A stretch of DNA of 64,000 nt, from NCBI GenBank assembly GCA_019694155.1, contig JAIBCN010000181.1:6523-70522 (forward strand). Reading direction: 5' to 3'. The DNA is from Vicinamibacteria bacterium (GTDB lineage: Bacteria > Acidobacteriota > Vicinamibacteria > Fen-336 > JAGNNV01). Shown in pieces: positions 63,413 to 64,000 of the stretch; within the stretch, counting starts at the first letter, position 1; every line of letters starts with the position of its first letter. The notes under the pieces are model-generated. The model had not been told where the DNA came from and did no database searches. It worked only from the letters and a program-made list of their open reading frames with translations. The position numbers were made by a program, and so were the translations under genes.

Positions 63413-63985
63413 GTGGACCGGTGGAACGGAGTCGCCGATACCGATCTGCTCGCCCGACTGCGGGGAGGAGATGACGACGCCCTGTCCCCGCTCATGGTCC
63501 GGCACGAGCGACGGCTCTATGGGATCGCGTACGGGTATTTGCGAAACTCCGAGGATGCGCTCGAGGTCGTCCAGGATGCCTTCGTCAAACTGTTCCAGCA
63601 GTCGGAACGGATCGACGCGCGCGCGGAAGTCGGCGCCTGGCTCACCCGGGTGGCCATCAACGCGGCCATCGACCGCTACCGGCAGAAGAAACGCCGGGGC
63701 AGCCGCGAGGTCGGTGTGGAGGCCGAGGACCTTCAGCACGTTCCCGCCCGGCACGAACGGGACGCTCTCGACAACCTTCACAATGACGAATCCAGGCGCG
63801 CCCTGGAGCGGGCGCTTCTTTCCCTCAACGAAAGGCAGCGCGCGGTCGTGACCCTGCGGCATTTCTCCGACCTCTCCCTCGACGAGATCGCCTCGACGCT
63901 CGGCGTGCGCCTGGGGACGGTGAAGAGCTCGCTCAATCGCGCCCTTGCCAGGATGAAGACCGCACTGGGGGAGGCGCGCGCATGA
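63413..63985 (+). CDS. ECF-subfamily RNA polymerase sigma-70 factor
   Basis: Region 2 (LMVRHERRLYGIAYGYLRNSEDALEVVQDAFVKLF) and region 4 (LSLNERQRAVVTLRHFSDLSLDEIASTLGVRLGTVKSSLNRA). Confidence 0.9.
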   Translation: MDRWNGVADTDLLARLRGGDDDALSPLMVRHERRLYGIAYGYLRNSEDALEVVQDAFVKLFQQSERIDARAEVGAWLTRVAINAAIDRYRQKKRRGSREVGVEAEDLQHVPARHERDALDNLHNDESRRALERALLSLNERQRAVVTLRHFSDLSLDEIASTLGVRLGTVKSSLNRALARMKTALGEARA

Positions 63986-64000
63986 CTCTCTTCCACTTCA
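63982..64000 (+). CDS. Possible 5' end of an anti-sigma factor gene (truncated by window end)
   Basis: ATG overlaps the sigma-factor stop (ATGA). Only 6 codons are visible, so this is a positional inference only. Confidence 0.2.

Noticed and set aside
1-64000. Search for CRISPR arrays, transposases/IS elements, integrases, prophage or toxin-antitoxin pairs
   Set aside because: No spaced direct-repeat arrays, no DDE/HUH/Tyr-recombinase motifs, and no phage structural genes were seen. The tRNA-Ser is not followed by an island.

Overview
High-GC (about 70%) bacterial chromosomal segment. It looks most like an Acidobacteriota- or Gemmatimonadota-type soil organism, because it carries a Sortilin/VPS10 BNR protein, a CarboxypepD_reg TonB-dependent receptor, a sulfatase-TPR fusion and many RDGY/TPR-style proteins. 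The window is densely coding and largely housekeeping or accessory metabolism.

Gene content in order:
- 3' part of polA, a DUF3014 protein, an FmdB zinc-ribbon protein, a fatty-acid hydroxylase, grpE, glycerate kinase, tsaD.
- A large Sortilin-like BNR protein, a beta-carbonic anhydrase, and a tRNA-Ser(GCT) on the minus strand.
- A TPR protein, a TonB-dependent receptor, a sulfatase-like TPR lipoprotein, and a GT-C-like membrane protein.
- A long minus-strand array: D-Cys desulfhydrase/ACC-deaminase-like protein, FtsX permease, TauE, Ser/Thr kinase, accD, pxpA, pxpBC.
- fabH, a YHS-domain mini-protein, an orphan Ku, MFS, MscS, an MBL hydrolase, an NhaC-like antiporter, a TIGR04076-like protein, an aldo-keto reductase, and a BNR secreted protein.
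- A peptide/amino-acid catabolism cluster: alpha/beta hydrolase, Leu-dehydrogenase-like, S9 peptidase, oligopeptidase B, mgsA.
- A PAS protein, an orphan SBP_bac_5, two tandem Arg/Tyr/Gly/Asp-rich secreted paralogs, PhzF and pirin.
- A seven-gene overlapping operon: RDD, SpoIIM-like, membrane protein, DUF4129, DUF4350, MoxR, DUF58.
- A ROK kinase, an HGSNAT-like acyltransferase, thrC-thrB, an arginase-family enzyme, an NAD-IDH-like dehydrogenase, a LOG-family protein, a lipoprotein and an ECF sigma factor.

No CRISPR arrays, transposases, integrases or obvious prophage genes were seen. Because stop codons are scarce at this GC content, many very long antisense or fused ORFs in the six-frame track are artifacts.

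The best candidates for novelty are (i) the tandem R/Y/G/D-rich secreted mini-proteins and (ii) the tightly overlapping MoxR-vWA membrane operon. All functional calls are from recognition of conserved motifs by eye; no database search was run.
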